From a virus (taxonomy: Duplodnaviria; Caudoviricetes), in the IMG/VR virus record IMGVR_UViG_3300030397_000524, positions 1 to 38,705 of that record: a DNA stretch of 38,705 nucleotides; one strand, written 5' to 3'. Positions 16,786 to 26,037 of the stretch are shown piece after piece. A program made the position numbers and the translations under genes. How positions within the stretch are numbered: position 1 is the first letter of the stretch; the number at the start of each line of letters is the position of its first letter. The notes beneath the pieces were generated by a model. That model searched no databases. It was not told the DNA's origin and worked only from the letters and a program-made list of their open reading frames with translations.

Positions 16786-17637
16786 ATGTATTTAGCTATA
16801 AAAAATATATTTAAGCACAAGAAAAGGCGGTGGAGTGACAATGATAAACAGTGGTGGATTTTTACTTATTCACTCGAATCCAATTTTCCAATATTAGGTG
16901 TAGTATTGGATTCGGGTGAACCTGAGTATCCTGGGTGTTCAGTACGATTTAAAGGTTTTGGTCATACCTTTATTATTGATCTTCCTCAGTGGGTGTTGAC
17001 TCCATTTCAGCAATGGGTGGATACAAGCAGGTATGAATGGTCTAGAGATAGTGATGGTTATTGGGATATGCACCGAAGGGAATTTGGTTTTACTGTTCAT
17101 AATGGTCATTTGTCGATTATGTATGGACCGCAAACTGGCGATTCTTCAACCACGAAGCAGTGGGGGTATTTCTTGCCTTGGCAGAATTGGCGACATGTTC
17201 GGTTTAGTCTTTATGATCTTGAGGGGAATGAATTTTGGACTGAGATGAAAAAGAAGGGCACGAAAGGAGCACCGATAAGCTATGATGATCAACATAAAGC
17301 AGAAAGCCTATGCCCCAAAATGAGCTTTAAGTTTCTTGATTATGATGGTGAGGAAATAGTTGCAAAAACGCATATCGAGGAGAGAGAATGGAGGTTTGGT
17401 GAGAAGTGGTGCAAGTGGTTGTCTCTATTCAGAAAGCCTAAGATTCGCCGTAGTCTTGACATTGATTTTAGCAAAGAGACAGGACCTGAGAAAGGGTCAT
17501 GGAAGGGTGGTACAGTCGGGCACGGTATTGATCTCTTACCTGGAGAATTACACGAGAGTGCTTTTATACGCTACTGTGATAAGCATAATATGACTTTTAT
17601 TGGGGATAATGTTACAGCTATGGGGAGGGGGTATTAA
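16786..17637 (+). CDS. Trp-rich hypothetical protein (lower GC, moron-like)
   Basis: Long ORF; GPEKGSWKGGTVGHG motif; ends AMGRGY like the upstream gene. Confidence 0.75.
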   Translation: MYLAIKNIFKHKKRRWSDNDKQWWIFTYSLESNFPILGVVLDSGEPEYPGCSVRFKGFGHTFIIDLPQWVLTPFQQWVDTSRYEWSRDSDGYWDMHRREFGFTVHNGHLSIMYGPQTGDSSTTKQWGYFLPWQNWRHVRFSLYDLEGNEFWTEMKKKGTKGAPISYDDQHKAESLCPKMSFKFLDYDGEEIVAKTHIEEREWRFGEKWCKWLSLFRKPKIRRSLDIDFSKETGPEKGSWKGGTVGHGIDLLPGELHESAFIRYCDKHNMTFIGDNVTAMGRGY

Positions 17638-17708
17638 ACGTCATGTATGAATTATGTCTAAATAGTGTCACATGTGTTGGGATATATGTAATAAAAACAG
17701 TACCTTAC

Positions 17709-17737
17709 GGTTACGATAATGATAGAATTTCGAAACC
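17709..17737. other. candidate recombinase core site GGTTACGATAA-N7-ATTTCGAAACC
   Basis: Imperfect 11-bp inverted arms (8/11) with a 7-bp spacer, 10 bp before the recombinase ATG. Confidence 0.4.
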
Positions 17738-17747
17738 TGAGGGATAT

Positions 17748-18716
17748 ATGAGTCAAATCACACAGTACGTTCCAACTGGCTTATCCGACAATGAATTACA
17801 GCGTCTTGCTTACTATCAATCTCGTTCAATGGCTGATAACACAAAGAAGGCTTATGGAAAAGATTGGGAGCACTTCAGTAATTGGTGCCAAAGCAGGGGG
17901 TTAACAAACTTGCCAGCATCCAAACCTACTATTGTTGCCTACGTTTTGCATTTGGTGGATGATTTAGAGTACAAGGTAACAACAGTTGAGCGTAGGCTTG
18001 CTTCAATAAACGTTGCGCACCGGTTGGCAGGGGAAGAAAAGCCTGCAAAAATGGGTGACCCGCATCTCAGGGGTTTATGGGGTGGTGTAACTAGAACAAA
18101 AAGAAGAAAGAAGGACAAGGTAGAGCCTCTCCTTATTGAAGACATAAGACACATTTGCAATCACCTTCCAAACAATATTAGGGGTGTAAGAGATAGGGCT
18201 ATACTACTCATTGGTTTTGCCGGTGCGTTTAGAAGAAGTGAGATTGCAAATGTTCGGCTTAAGGATATAGTATTTACATTGGACGGATTGAAGATATACG
18301 TGCCTAATTCTAAACGGGATCAAGAAGGAGAAGGGTTATGGAAAGGTATTCCGTATGGAGAAAATCCCTTGACATGCCCTGTTAAAGCACTTGCAAGTTG
18401 GATTGATGAGGGAGATATCTTGGATGGGTATGTATTTAGATCAATTACAAGACACGGAACTGTTTGGGTGGATAAGCTCACAGGACACTCTATAGCCCAG
18501 ATAGTTAAGAAGGCTTGTAAGGGTGCAGGAATGAACCCCAAGAAATACAGTGGTCACAGTTTGCGTTCTGGTTTCTGTACTCAAGCTGCACGTTCTGGTG
18601 CTCCTGAGCATAGAATCATGGCGCATACAGGACATAAGTCTATTCCTGCTGTTCGTGATTACATCCATATTGGGAATTTATTTGAAGGCAATCCAGTGAG
18701 CTTGCTGGGGCTCTAA
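17748..18716 (+). CDS. Cre-like tyrosine recombinase/resolvase
   Basis: NTKKAYGKDWEHF..WC core-binding domain; RDRAILLIGFAGAFRRSEI, SKRDQ, HSLRSG, HTGHKS, RDY catalytic residues; no arm-binding domain; start taken at MSQIT. Confidence 0.9.
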   Translation: MSQITQYVPTGLSDNELQRLAYYQSRSMADNTKKAYGKDWEHFSNWCQSRGLTNLPASKPTIVAYVLHLVDDLEYKVTTVERRLASINVAHRLAGEEKPAKMGDPHLRGLWGGVTRTKRRKKDKVEPLLIEDIRHICNHLPNNIRGVRDRAILLIGFAGAFRRSEIANVRLKDIVFTLDGLKIYVPNSKRDQEGEGLWKGIPYGENPLTCPVKALASWIDEGDILDGYVFRSITRHGTVWVDKLTGHSIAQIVKKACKGAGMNPKKYSGHSLRSGFCTQAARSGAPEHRIMAHTGHKSIPAVRDYIHIGNLFEGNPVSLLGL

Positions 18717-18766
18717 CATGCCGAAAGGCGGATTCTGACTTCATTTATAACAAACTGCATGTAGAC

Positions 18767-18979
18767 ATGCCTTATATCGACTATCCATCATCATGGCCTC
18801 CAGGGCAAACAACCACAGCACCACAAGATGAGTGGACGGTGGTTAGCCCTTTGAAATCGTGGCCTGTTGTCCAGCAGGGTTGGCAATGCCCACTCTGCGA
18901 AACTGTATGGGCACCAAGTATTGTGCAGTGTACATGCAGTAAGAAGTGTGTTACTGGAACCATAAGCACAACTGATTAA
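18767..18979 (+). CDS. small zinc-ribbon protein
   Basis: QGWQCPLCETVWAP...C.C motif. Confidence 0.55.
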   Translation: MPYIDYPSSWPPGQTTTAPQDEWTVVSPLKSWPVVQQGWQCPLCETVWAPSIVQCTCSKKCVTGTISTTD

Positions 18980-19073
18980 CCATGCTAAAAAACCTATTCA
19001 ACAAAGCACGCAAAGCAGCCAGGCGATTCTATCGCGGGGCTGTGGAGCATGTTCGTAATACTGTAAAGGGATT

Positions 19074-19283
19074 ATGATAATAGGCGGCCTGGAATTCCCA
19101 GATAATCCGGAAGAAGGCGAGACAGTGCGCCATATTCAGCTTATATCTCGCTTTGAGGTGTGGCTTGGCCATGAGACAGGGGAGAATGAGCTTTTGTATG
19201 TCGAGACTGATGTTGGTGTGATAGGAGAGCCTGGGGAGGCTTTATGGGGTGGAGTTGTTAGGGCTTTTAGTGAGGTGAACTAA
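19074..19283 (+). CDS. hypothetical protein
   Basis: Small ORF coupled to neighbouring short ORFs. Confidence 0.45.
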   Translation: MIIGGLEFPDNPEEGETVRHIQLISRFEVWLGHETGENELLYVETDVGVIGEPGEALWGGVVRAFSEVN

Positions 19284-19481
19284 TGATAACAATCGCATTA
19301 GGCAGATGGTCTAGCGCAGCCGGCGCAAGGTTTATAAGAACCAGGATTTACTGGTTCAGTAGGCGGAATCTGTTCTATGGTGGATGGACGCCGTTTGTAC
19401 GAATCAGGTGGAGATATAAGTAAATGCCACTAACCCCGAAACAGAGCAGATTAAGCAACCCTATGTCTTAAGGACAACCCT

Positions 19482-20108
19482 ATGTCTAAATGTGGAGCAA
19501 AAACCAAAAAGGGTAAAAAGTGCACGCAGCCTGCTATGGAAAATGGTAGGTGCCGTTTGCATGGAGGGAAAACACCCAGGGGTTTGGATTCACCTCAAAC
19601 TAAACATGGTAGGTACAGTAAAGACTTGCCTACTCGATTAGCTGGTAGGTTTGAGCAGGCCATGAAGGATAGTGAGTTACTGAAGCTTAATAGGGAGTTG
19701 GCACTGCTTGATACAAGAATAGGGGAGGTATTAGACGAACTCAATACAGAAGGTGCAGGGAGACTGTTTGCATGCCTTCAAAAGGCATGGGGTAAATATT
19801 GTGGAGCTTCTCCAGACGAGAAAGCTGATCATTTTTCTATAGTTGATGCACTTATTCAGGAAGGTGCTAAGGACTGGATGAGGTGGCAGGAAGTGTATGG
19901 ACTTATTGAGCAGCGTAGGAAAGTTGCTGAATCGGAAGCAAAAAGGCAGGTGCAGTTAAAACAAACATTAACAGTGTCGCAGGCAATGACGCTGCTTACG
20001 GCTGTTGTAGATGTGGTAAAAAGCAATGTTCGAGACGAAGACACATTACGAACCATATCCCGAGACATTAGCGGACTCTTGGCTACAGGGTCTCGCGCAG
20101 CAGCTTGA
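19482..20108 (+). CDS. terS: terminase small subunit (HGGxSTG-type zinc domain)
   Basis: CGAKTKKGKKC.QPAMENGRCRLHGGKTP...KHGRYSK; immediately upstream of terL. Confidence 0.8.
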   Translation: MSKCGAKTKKGKKCTQPAMENGRCRLHGGKTPRGLDSPQTKHGRYSKDLPTRLAGRFEQAMKDSELLKLNRELALLDTRIGEVLDELNTEGAGRLFACLQKAWGKYCGASPDEKADHFSIVDALIQEGAKDWMRWQEVYGLIEQRRKVAESEAKRQVQLKQTLTVSQAMTLLTAVVDVVKSNVRDEDTLRTISRDISGLLATGSRAAA

Positions 20109-21483
20109 TCCTGATACTGATCAGGAAGATGTTCTTTCTTTTACTGACTTTATAAAGCAAGCAAACCCTAAGTTTGTATTCTATCCGCATGTAACAAAGC
20201 TGATAGGTGTGCTAGAACGTGTTGCGCGTGGCGAACTGAAGCGCCTTATGGTATTTGAGCCGCCACGTCACGGGAAGAGTGAGCTGGTTTCAAGGCTTTT
20301 TCCTGCATATTTGCTTTACAGGCATCCTGAGAAGTGGGTTGCGATATCGTCTTATGCTGCTGAACTGGCTTATGGCTTTTCTCGCAATGCAAGAGATAAT
20401 TATATCGCAGCAGGGGGGAAGCTAAAAAAAGATGCCCAAGCTGTTAAGCAGTGGGAGACAGGTAAAGGAGGAGGTTTATGGGCGTGTGGTGTTGGGGGGC
20501 CTGCTACAGGGCGTGGCTTTCATTTTGGCATTGTAGATGACCCGCTTAAGAATGCAGAGGAAGCAGGTAGTAAGCTTATTCGAGATAAACAGTGGGATTG
20601 GTGGGGGTCAACCTGGTCAACGCGTGAAGAGCCAGACGCAGCAATGATAGTGGTTCAGACCAGGTGGCATGAAGACGATTTATCAGGAAGATTGCTCGTG
20701 AACGAATCAGAAGAAGCGGAGTGCTGGCATATTGTCAATTTTGAGGCAATAAAGGATAAGGAGCCTGTCAAGATACCAGAAACATGCACACTGGAGAAGG
20801 ATGAAAGGAAAGAGGGTGAGCCATTGTGTCCTGAGCGGTATAGTCTGGAATGGCTGCTTAAGAAGGCGAAACAGTTAGGTGTTTATTTCTGGAATGCGCT
20901 CTATCAGCAGAAGCCAGCACCAATCGAGGGTGTTTTGTGGAAACGGGAATGGTTTATTGGACAGGATTTTACGGAGCCTCCAACGAATCTTAGGTATATA
21001 GGGTATGATTGGGATACAGCTTATACGGATAAAGAGCGCAATAGCGCTACTGCATACGTGAAGGCGGCAAAAGACAAAAAGGGAAATATTTATATACTTG
21101 ATGCTGGTTTTAAATGGGTTGAAACACCGGAAGCTGAGCAGTGGATGGGAGAGCTTGGTGGTCCTCATTATGTAGAAGGTAAGGCGTCAGGTAAAAGTAT
21201 TGTGCAGACACTTAAGAGTCGCCAGATAATAGCTAAGGAAGTGAGCGTTCCAGGCGGTGTGGACAAAATAGCGAGGACAACACTTGTTACTCCGCTTGCT
21301 GAGTCAGGACGTGTTTTTATAGCTGGGCATATTAAAAGTATGCTGCTTAGTGATGACAAACAGGGGATATTGAAATTCCCAAATGCATCGCATGATGATT
21401 TGAATGATGCGCTTGTACAGGCTCTTTTTAGACTTAACCCTGGAAACGCTAGAACCAAGGGAGGACTACTAGTAACAACATGA
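20026..21483 (+). CDS. terL: terminase large subunit
   Basis: Walker A PPRHGKSEL, Walker B GIVDDP, VQTRWHEDDL, ALYQQKP, nuclease DWDTAY and FPNASHDDLNDA. Confidence 0.95.
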   Translation: MFETKTHYEPYPETLADSWLQGLAQQLDPDTDQEDVLSFTDFIKQANPKFVFYPHVTKLIGVLERVARGELKRLMVFEPPRHGKSELVSRLFPAYLLYRHPEKWVAISSYAAELAYGFSRNARDNYIAAGGKLKKDAQAVKQWETGKGGGLWACGVGGPATGRGFHFGIVDDPLKNAEEAGSKLIRDKQWDWWGSTWSTREEPDAAMIVVQTRWHEDDLSGRLLVNESEEAECWHIVNFEAIKDKEPVKIPETCTLEKDERKEGEPLCPERYSLEWLLKKAKQLGVYFWNALYQQKPAPIEGVLWKREWFIGQDFTEPPTNLRYIGYDWDTAYTDKERNSATAYVKAAKDKKGNIYILDAGFKWVETPEAEQWMGELGGPHYVEGKASGKSIVQTLKSRQIIAKEVSVPGGVDKIARTTLVTPLAESGRVFIAGHIKSMLLSDDKQGILKFPNASHDDLNDALVQALFRLNPGNARTKGGLLVTT

Positions 21484-23006
21484 GCGAACAACTTTGGGTT
21501 GAACTTACCCACGAAGACTACGCAGAACGCGCAAGGCGCGACACTTTTGCTGATGACCATTATACAGGTGAGGCCAGGGATAAGGCTGAGAAAGCAGCCT
21601 ATGCACTTACTGATCGGGAGATAATGGACCCCGAGACAAAAGAGATTACGGGTTATAAGCTCTCTAAAAAGACAATGTACTTGTATCGTAGGGCCCAGGG
21701 AGAGACGAAGGATGCCTATGTGGAGCGTGTTGTGTTATCCCGATTCCCTAATCACCACGCAGATGTTGTAGATAGCTTTAGTGGTCAAATATCAGCCTTA
21801 GAGGGCAAAGCAGATAGAGACTTAAGCGTATTTGGTGACAAGGAGAAAGAAGGCGATTTCGCCCATATCATTTGGAATAATGCAGATGGGAAAGAGAGGG
21901 ATTACCTTTCGATGTATTCTGATGCCGGCGACAGGTTCACTAACTTTTGCAGGGTGTGGTACCTGGTGGAAAGTGATTCTTTCCATTGGATTGATGGCCG
22001 CAAGGTAAAGAACTGGTTCTACAACGAGCAGGGTGTATTATCCGATGTTATAGTTGAGGAGATGGTAGATGGAAGGGGTGGAATAAAAAGTGATTATCCG
22101 TCAGATGAGGAGCGTATCCGGTATATCCATTACCATTTGGAAGGATATGACAGGTACCGCATTGTTAAAGAGAAAGATGGTAAAAGAAGGCTTGACCTGT
22201 TAGGGGATGAATCTGGGAAATGGGATTTCCCTCATTATGATGAGAAGAGAAATGTAGTACTTCCTATTGGTTTTATTGATCTGTCCGTTAAGCGTCATCC
22301 AGGTTACAAAATGGCGCAAGATGCTAACTACTTGTACAACCTGCTATCTGATATCAGGAATACACTAAGAATTGCAAATCATCACAAGCTAACAGGGGAT
22401 GTAGGGGATGATGAGTTTGACAATAGTGCACTGAGTTTACAGCAGGGGTCAAACCTACTACAGGGGGCATGGCAGTACATAAGCCCTTCTATCGAGAATG
22501 CAATAGGGGCTTATGAGATTTATCAAAAGGAAGTACGAGACTTTTATATAACCAATCACAAGCGCTACAATGACGTAGCTAAAGAGACGGCGACAGAGGC
22601 CAGGCAGGAAGATCAGAAGGGCAATCAGAGTTGGCTTAACAAGCTAACGACGGCGCTGGATAACCTGGAGAAGCGCGTTCTGTATCTACTTGTTCAAAAG
22701 CGTTTCCCGAAAGATCGTAGCAAGTGGGGGGAGGTCTCATCTATTGAGCGTAGCCGTGAGTTTCAGCCTATGAGTAGTGACCAGTTCGCAGACAAGCTCA
22801 TGAGCCGCTATATCGAAGGCGTTGTCCCAATTGGCCCAACAGGAGTGACTAATGTTATTAAAACGATAGCAGCGCTTGACGGGGTAGTGGTTGAAGAAGA
22901 TGAGATAGATGAAAGTGTTTCTGACGTGGAGGTTTCCAGGCGGCAAGAGGAGACTTTTGATAGAGAGAGGAGAGAAATTGAGGACTTAATTAATAGGGCT
23001 GCATAA
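21480..23006 (+). CDS. portal protein
   Basis: About 500 aa directly after terL; Y.RRAQGETKDAYVERV, ETATEARQE motifs. Confidence 0.8.
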   Translation: MSEQLWVELTHEDYAERARRDTFADDHYTGEARDKAEKAAYALTDREIMDPETKEITGYKLSKKTMYLYRRAQGETKDAYVERVVLSRFPNHHADVVDSFSGQISALEGKADRDLSVFGDKEKEGDFAHIIWNNADGKERDYLSMYSDAGDRFTNFCRVWYLVESDSFHWIDGRKVKNWFYNEQGVLSDVIVEEMVDGRGGIKSDYPSDEERIRYIHYHLEGYDRYRIVKEKDGKRRLDLLGDESGKWDFPHYDEKRNVVLPIGFIDLSVKRHPGYKMAQDANYLYNLLSDIRNTLRIANHHKLTGDVGDDEFDNSALSLQQGSNLLQGAWQYISPSIENAIGAYEIYQKEVRDFYITNHKRYNDVAKETATEARQEDQKGNQSWLNKLTTALDNLEKRVLYLLVQKRFPKDRSKWGEVSSIERSREFQPMSSDQFADKLMSRYIEGVVPIGPTGVTNVIKTIAALDGVVVEEDEIDESVSDVEVSRRQEETFDRERREIEDLINRAA

Positions 23007-24151
23007 TGCCTAATGAGTTCACAAATATATTGCTAAGAGCAAGAAGGCGTAGCATTGCTGATATGGGACGCCTCGAAGCGCGTTTTTACAGGTTGTACCT
23101 GGAAGCGCTTAACGATGTGCTTGCGGGTTTCGGCAACTTTGACATAGACAGCAAGAAGAAGGCAGAAGATTTCCTGGCAGCAATACAAAGGCAGGAGATT
23201 AAGTACGGTAAGGCGGCTGATAGGCTGATCAAGAAGGAGATTATTGATGTGTTTGAACGCGTAGGCAGGGCGCATATTGAAGCGATAGAGGCGGTAAGCA
23301 GCCAGGATAACGTCAGGGCTCCTTTTTCTGGTATCTCTCGTGATGCATTTGAGGATTTGTACAAGCGCCGTAATATGGGCCTTACGAACTCCTACAGGAG
23401 CCTTACAGAATTCCAGAAGAAGCAGAGCGGGCTTATCATTGAAAAGCAACTGGAGAACGCTGTTCTCAGGGGTGCCACGTGGCAGGACGCAACGCAGGCC
23501 ATTGTGGACGGCCTTACAAGGGGAGATCCGGAGCTAAGGCGAATGGCTAAGAATATGGCGAGGAAGTCAAGCGGGCTTGGTATATGGCTGGAGAGGGCAC
23601 TAGAAAACCCGGAAGGCAGGGATGATGTTGGTCCTTTGTATATCGATCGCGTTAAACAAGCACGCAAGATAGCCTATGACGCAAGGCGTATTGTACGCAC
23701 TGAAATTGCCCATGCGCATCATGAAGCGGATAGGATAGCGAGCGCAAGGAGCCCTGTTGTAAAGGGCATGAAGTGGAATTTATCGATGCGGCATGGGGAG
23801 GCAGTGGGAATTGATATTTGCGACGTATACGCAGAAGTAGATTTACATAATATGGGAGACGGTGTGTATCCCCCTGAGTACTTGCCGCCTCTCCCGCATC
23901 CTCACTGTTTGTGTTTTATGACGCATGTACTTAGGGAGCCTGGGGAGTGGCAAGATCCCAAGCAGCCAGCTAAAGAGCCTCGATTTGTAACGGAGCAGAT
24001 GGCAAAAAGGATACTCGACAAAAGGCATAGAGAGGGAGACAGGACAGTTACAGAGAAGTTTTTGCAGCGCACGGCAGAGCAGATCAATGAAACTCAGTTA
24101 TTAATAGCTCGGAATCTGAGAGAATCGGGCGTAGAAATAATTCAGAGGTAA
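23006..24151 (+). CDS. minor head morphogenesis protein (SPP1 gp7/Mu F-like)
   Basis: ARRIVRTEIAHA, W.LS..H...DICD..A, PLPHPHCLC. Confidence 0.85.
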   Translation: MPNEFTNILLRARRRSIADMGRLEARFYRLYLEALNDVLAGFGNFDIDSKKKAEDFLAAIQRQEIKYGKAADRLIKKEIIDVFERVGRAHIEAIEAVSSQDNVRAPFSGISRDAFEDLYKRRNMGLTNSYRSLTEFQKKQSGLIIEKQLENAVLRGATWQDATQAIVDGLTRGDPELRRMAKNMARKSSGLGIWLERALENPEGRDDVGPLYIDRVKQARKIAYDARRIVRTEIAHAHHEADRIASARSPVVKGMKWNLSMRHGEAVGIDICDVYAEVDLHNMGDGVYPPEYLPPLPHPHCLCFMTHVLREPGEWQDPKQPAKEPRFVTEQMAKRILDKRHREGDRTVTEKFLQRTAEQINETQLLIARNLRESGVEIIQR

Positions 24152-24153
24152 TA

Positions 24154-24855
24154 ATGGATAAAGTAATAATCGGAATAGCAACCATAGGAGGTAGAGAAGA
24201 AGCCTTGCAAGAGACGCTTGATAGCCTCAAAGGCCAGGCTGATCATATTGTAGTAGGCACTGATCATAGGCTAGGTGATGCGACCAAATTCAAGCCGTTC
24301 TTCCCTAAGATTATAGTGGGTGACGATGGTGAAGAGGTTGAGACGATGAAATATAGCGGCTATTTCCTAACCTGTGACGATGACCTCATTTACCCTCCTG
24401 ATTACGTAGAGAAGATGATTGAGGGCATTGAGAGATACAACCGTGAGGCTGTGGTGAGCTTTCACGGTAAGAGGGTGGACAAGGTGAGTAAAGGTGATCC
24501 GTGGTATAAATTTATTGGTATGCGCTATAGGTGTTTAGGGGAAGTTTTTCCCGATCATCCTGTACACATACCTGGATCGGGTTGTATGGGTTGGCATAGC
24601 TCTACTGTGCAGTTCGTGCAGGCAGACTTTCCAGATCCGAACATGGCTGATATCTGGGTAGGTAAAAAGCTTGAAGAAGCTGGTATTCCTAGGTATGTAT
24701 TGGCTCATGATGAGGGATGGATTAAGCATACGAAGAAGATATCGATGAATGAAACTCTGTGGAGAAAGAACAAGGCGGATGTGGATAAGACGACGTTTAT
24801 AACAGGGGTGTTTGAAAGTGTTGAGTGGAAGGTGTTTGAGGAGGTGGGGGTATGA
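24154..24855 (+). CDS. GT-A fold glycosyltransferase (GT2-like)
   Basis: GIATIGGREEALQETLDSL, GDATKF, YFLTCDDDLIYPPDYVE (DxD), NMADIW. Confidence 0.85.
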   Translation: MDKVIIGIATIGGREEALQETLDSLKGQADHIVVGTDHRLGDATKFKPFFPKIIVGDDGEEVETMKYSGYFLTCDDDLIYPPDYVEKMIEGIERYNREAVVSFHGKRVDKVSKGDPWYKFIGMRYRCLGEVFPDHPVHIPGSGCMGWHSSTVQFVQADFPDPNMADIWVGKKLEEAGIPRYVLAHDEGWIKHTKKISMNETLWRKNKADVDKTTFITGVFESVEWKVFEEVGV

Positions 24856-25064
24856 AAGTAAGAGTTAAAGATGTGTATATAATGGATAGCTTGTTTTCCA
24901 GTAAATATACAGTTACTGGAAGGGCTCTTATTAATGGGATGTGGCGTGTGTTTGAGGCGAAAGCAAGTAATCGTATTCCCGTTATTCAGGTTATTCAAGA
25001 GCACTTGAATGAGAAATACAAACTAAGATTAAATTCGCATAGATGGCTAAACTCATCATCATAG
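24852..25064 (+). CDS. hypothetical protein
   Basis: ATGA-coupled small ORF. Confidence 0.45.
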   Translation: MKVRVKDVYIMDSLFSSKYTVTGRALINGMWRVFEAKASNRIPVIQVIQEHLNEKYKLRLNSHRWLNSSS

Positions 25065-25579
25065 CAGGAATCAAGCGCAGCGGTTCTACCTGGGTGTACA
25101 ATGCAGTTCGGCTATGCCTTGAACATGCCGGCTACAGCGTCCACATTGCCGGTGATGGGCAGTACTACCAGAAGGATTGTAAGGCAGATTACCAGATCAT
25201 CAAGGTACACCCATTCCATCAGTGGATGGCCGATGAGGCTGATTTTGTTTTTACGTCTGATAGGGATGATGACGGGATTAGGGCGAGCTGGCAAAAGTTT
25301 GATGGTAGAATGTTGTCTGATGGCTTGCTTGAGAAGTGGAATAGATGGCTAAGGTCGTGGAATGAGTATAGTTGTCGGGAGATGTGTTATGAAGACTTTA
25401 TAGAGGATGGTCCATTTGATGAAGTGTTCACGATATGGTGGCATCTATTTCCAAAGAGAAGGGATGAAGCGGATACTACTGCTTCAAAAGTGGTAAATAA
25501 ACTTAATGCCATCAAACCCCCAACAGACAAAGACTACGACCCGGTAACGCTGCTATTTAGTAATCATATAACGAGCTAA
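25043..25579 (+). CDS. sulfotransferase-like protein
   Basis: IIIAGIKRSGSTWVYN (5'-PSB loop), IIKVH, SDRD...IRASW (3'-PB-like), YEDF. Confidence 0.7.
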   Translation: MAKLIIIAGIKRSGSTWVYNAVRLCLEHAGYSVHIAGDGQYYQKDCKADYQIIKVHPFHQWMADEADFVFTSDRDDDGIRASWQKFDGRMLSDGLLEKWNRWLRSWNEYSCREMCYEDFIEDGPFDEVFTIWWHLFPKRRDEADTTASKVVNKLNAIKPPTDKDYDPVTLLFSNHITS

Positions 25580-26037
25580 TGAGTAACAGAAGAGACTTTT
25601 TCAAGCAAGCATTAGTGCTGCCTTTGGTAGGAAGGCTGTTTCAACAGGAGGAGATAGAGGAGGTAGAGCCAACGCAGGAAGTAGTAGAGCCTGTTGTGCA
25701 CTGGCAAGCATCGCAGTCGTTGTCTCCTAGTGGTGAGTATATGGTTGAGTTGGGTGGGCAGTTGATGGAGCTTAGGAATGCTACTTTTTATACAGGCGAT
25801 GGAGTTTGGTTTGCAAGGCAATCAGTTGATATCGAGGCTGTCTTTTATGGTGATTACAGCGCGATAGAAGGTGCTTTTGTGTCCAACAGGTCAGTGCCCT
25901 GGAAAATATCAACGTTTATTGAAGGGGATGTGGAGTATAGAGGTGAGTGCAAGATAACATCTATTGAATTGAGTGTCCCTGAGCAAAGAGTAGTTGTTTG
26001 CGCTCACTCATCGACCGATTTAAGTCTACTCGTATGA
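25579..26037 (+). CDS. protein with twin-arginine-like N-terminus
   Basis: MSNRRDFFKQALVLPLVG matches the S/T-RRxFLK consensus; short h-region. Confidence 0.55.
   Translation: MSNRRDFFKQALVLPLVGRLFQQEEIEEVEPTQEVVEPVVHWQASQSLSPSGEYMVELGGQLMELRNATFYTGDGVWFARQSVDIEAVFYGDYSAIEGAFVSNRSVPWKISTFIEGDVEYRGECKITSIELSVPEQRVVVCAHSSTDLSLLV

Noticed and set aside
17641-17663. TTATGTCTAAAT resembling the XerD arm of dif
   Set aside because: It has an extra base relative to TTATGTTAAAT and no convincing XerC arm.
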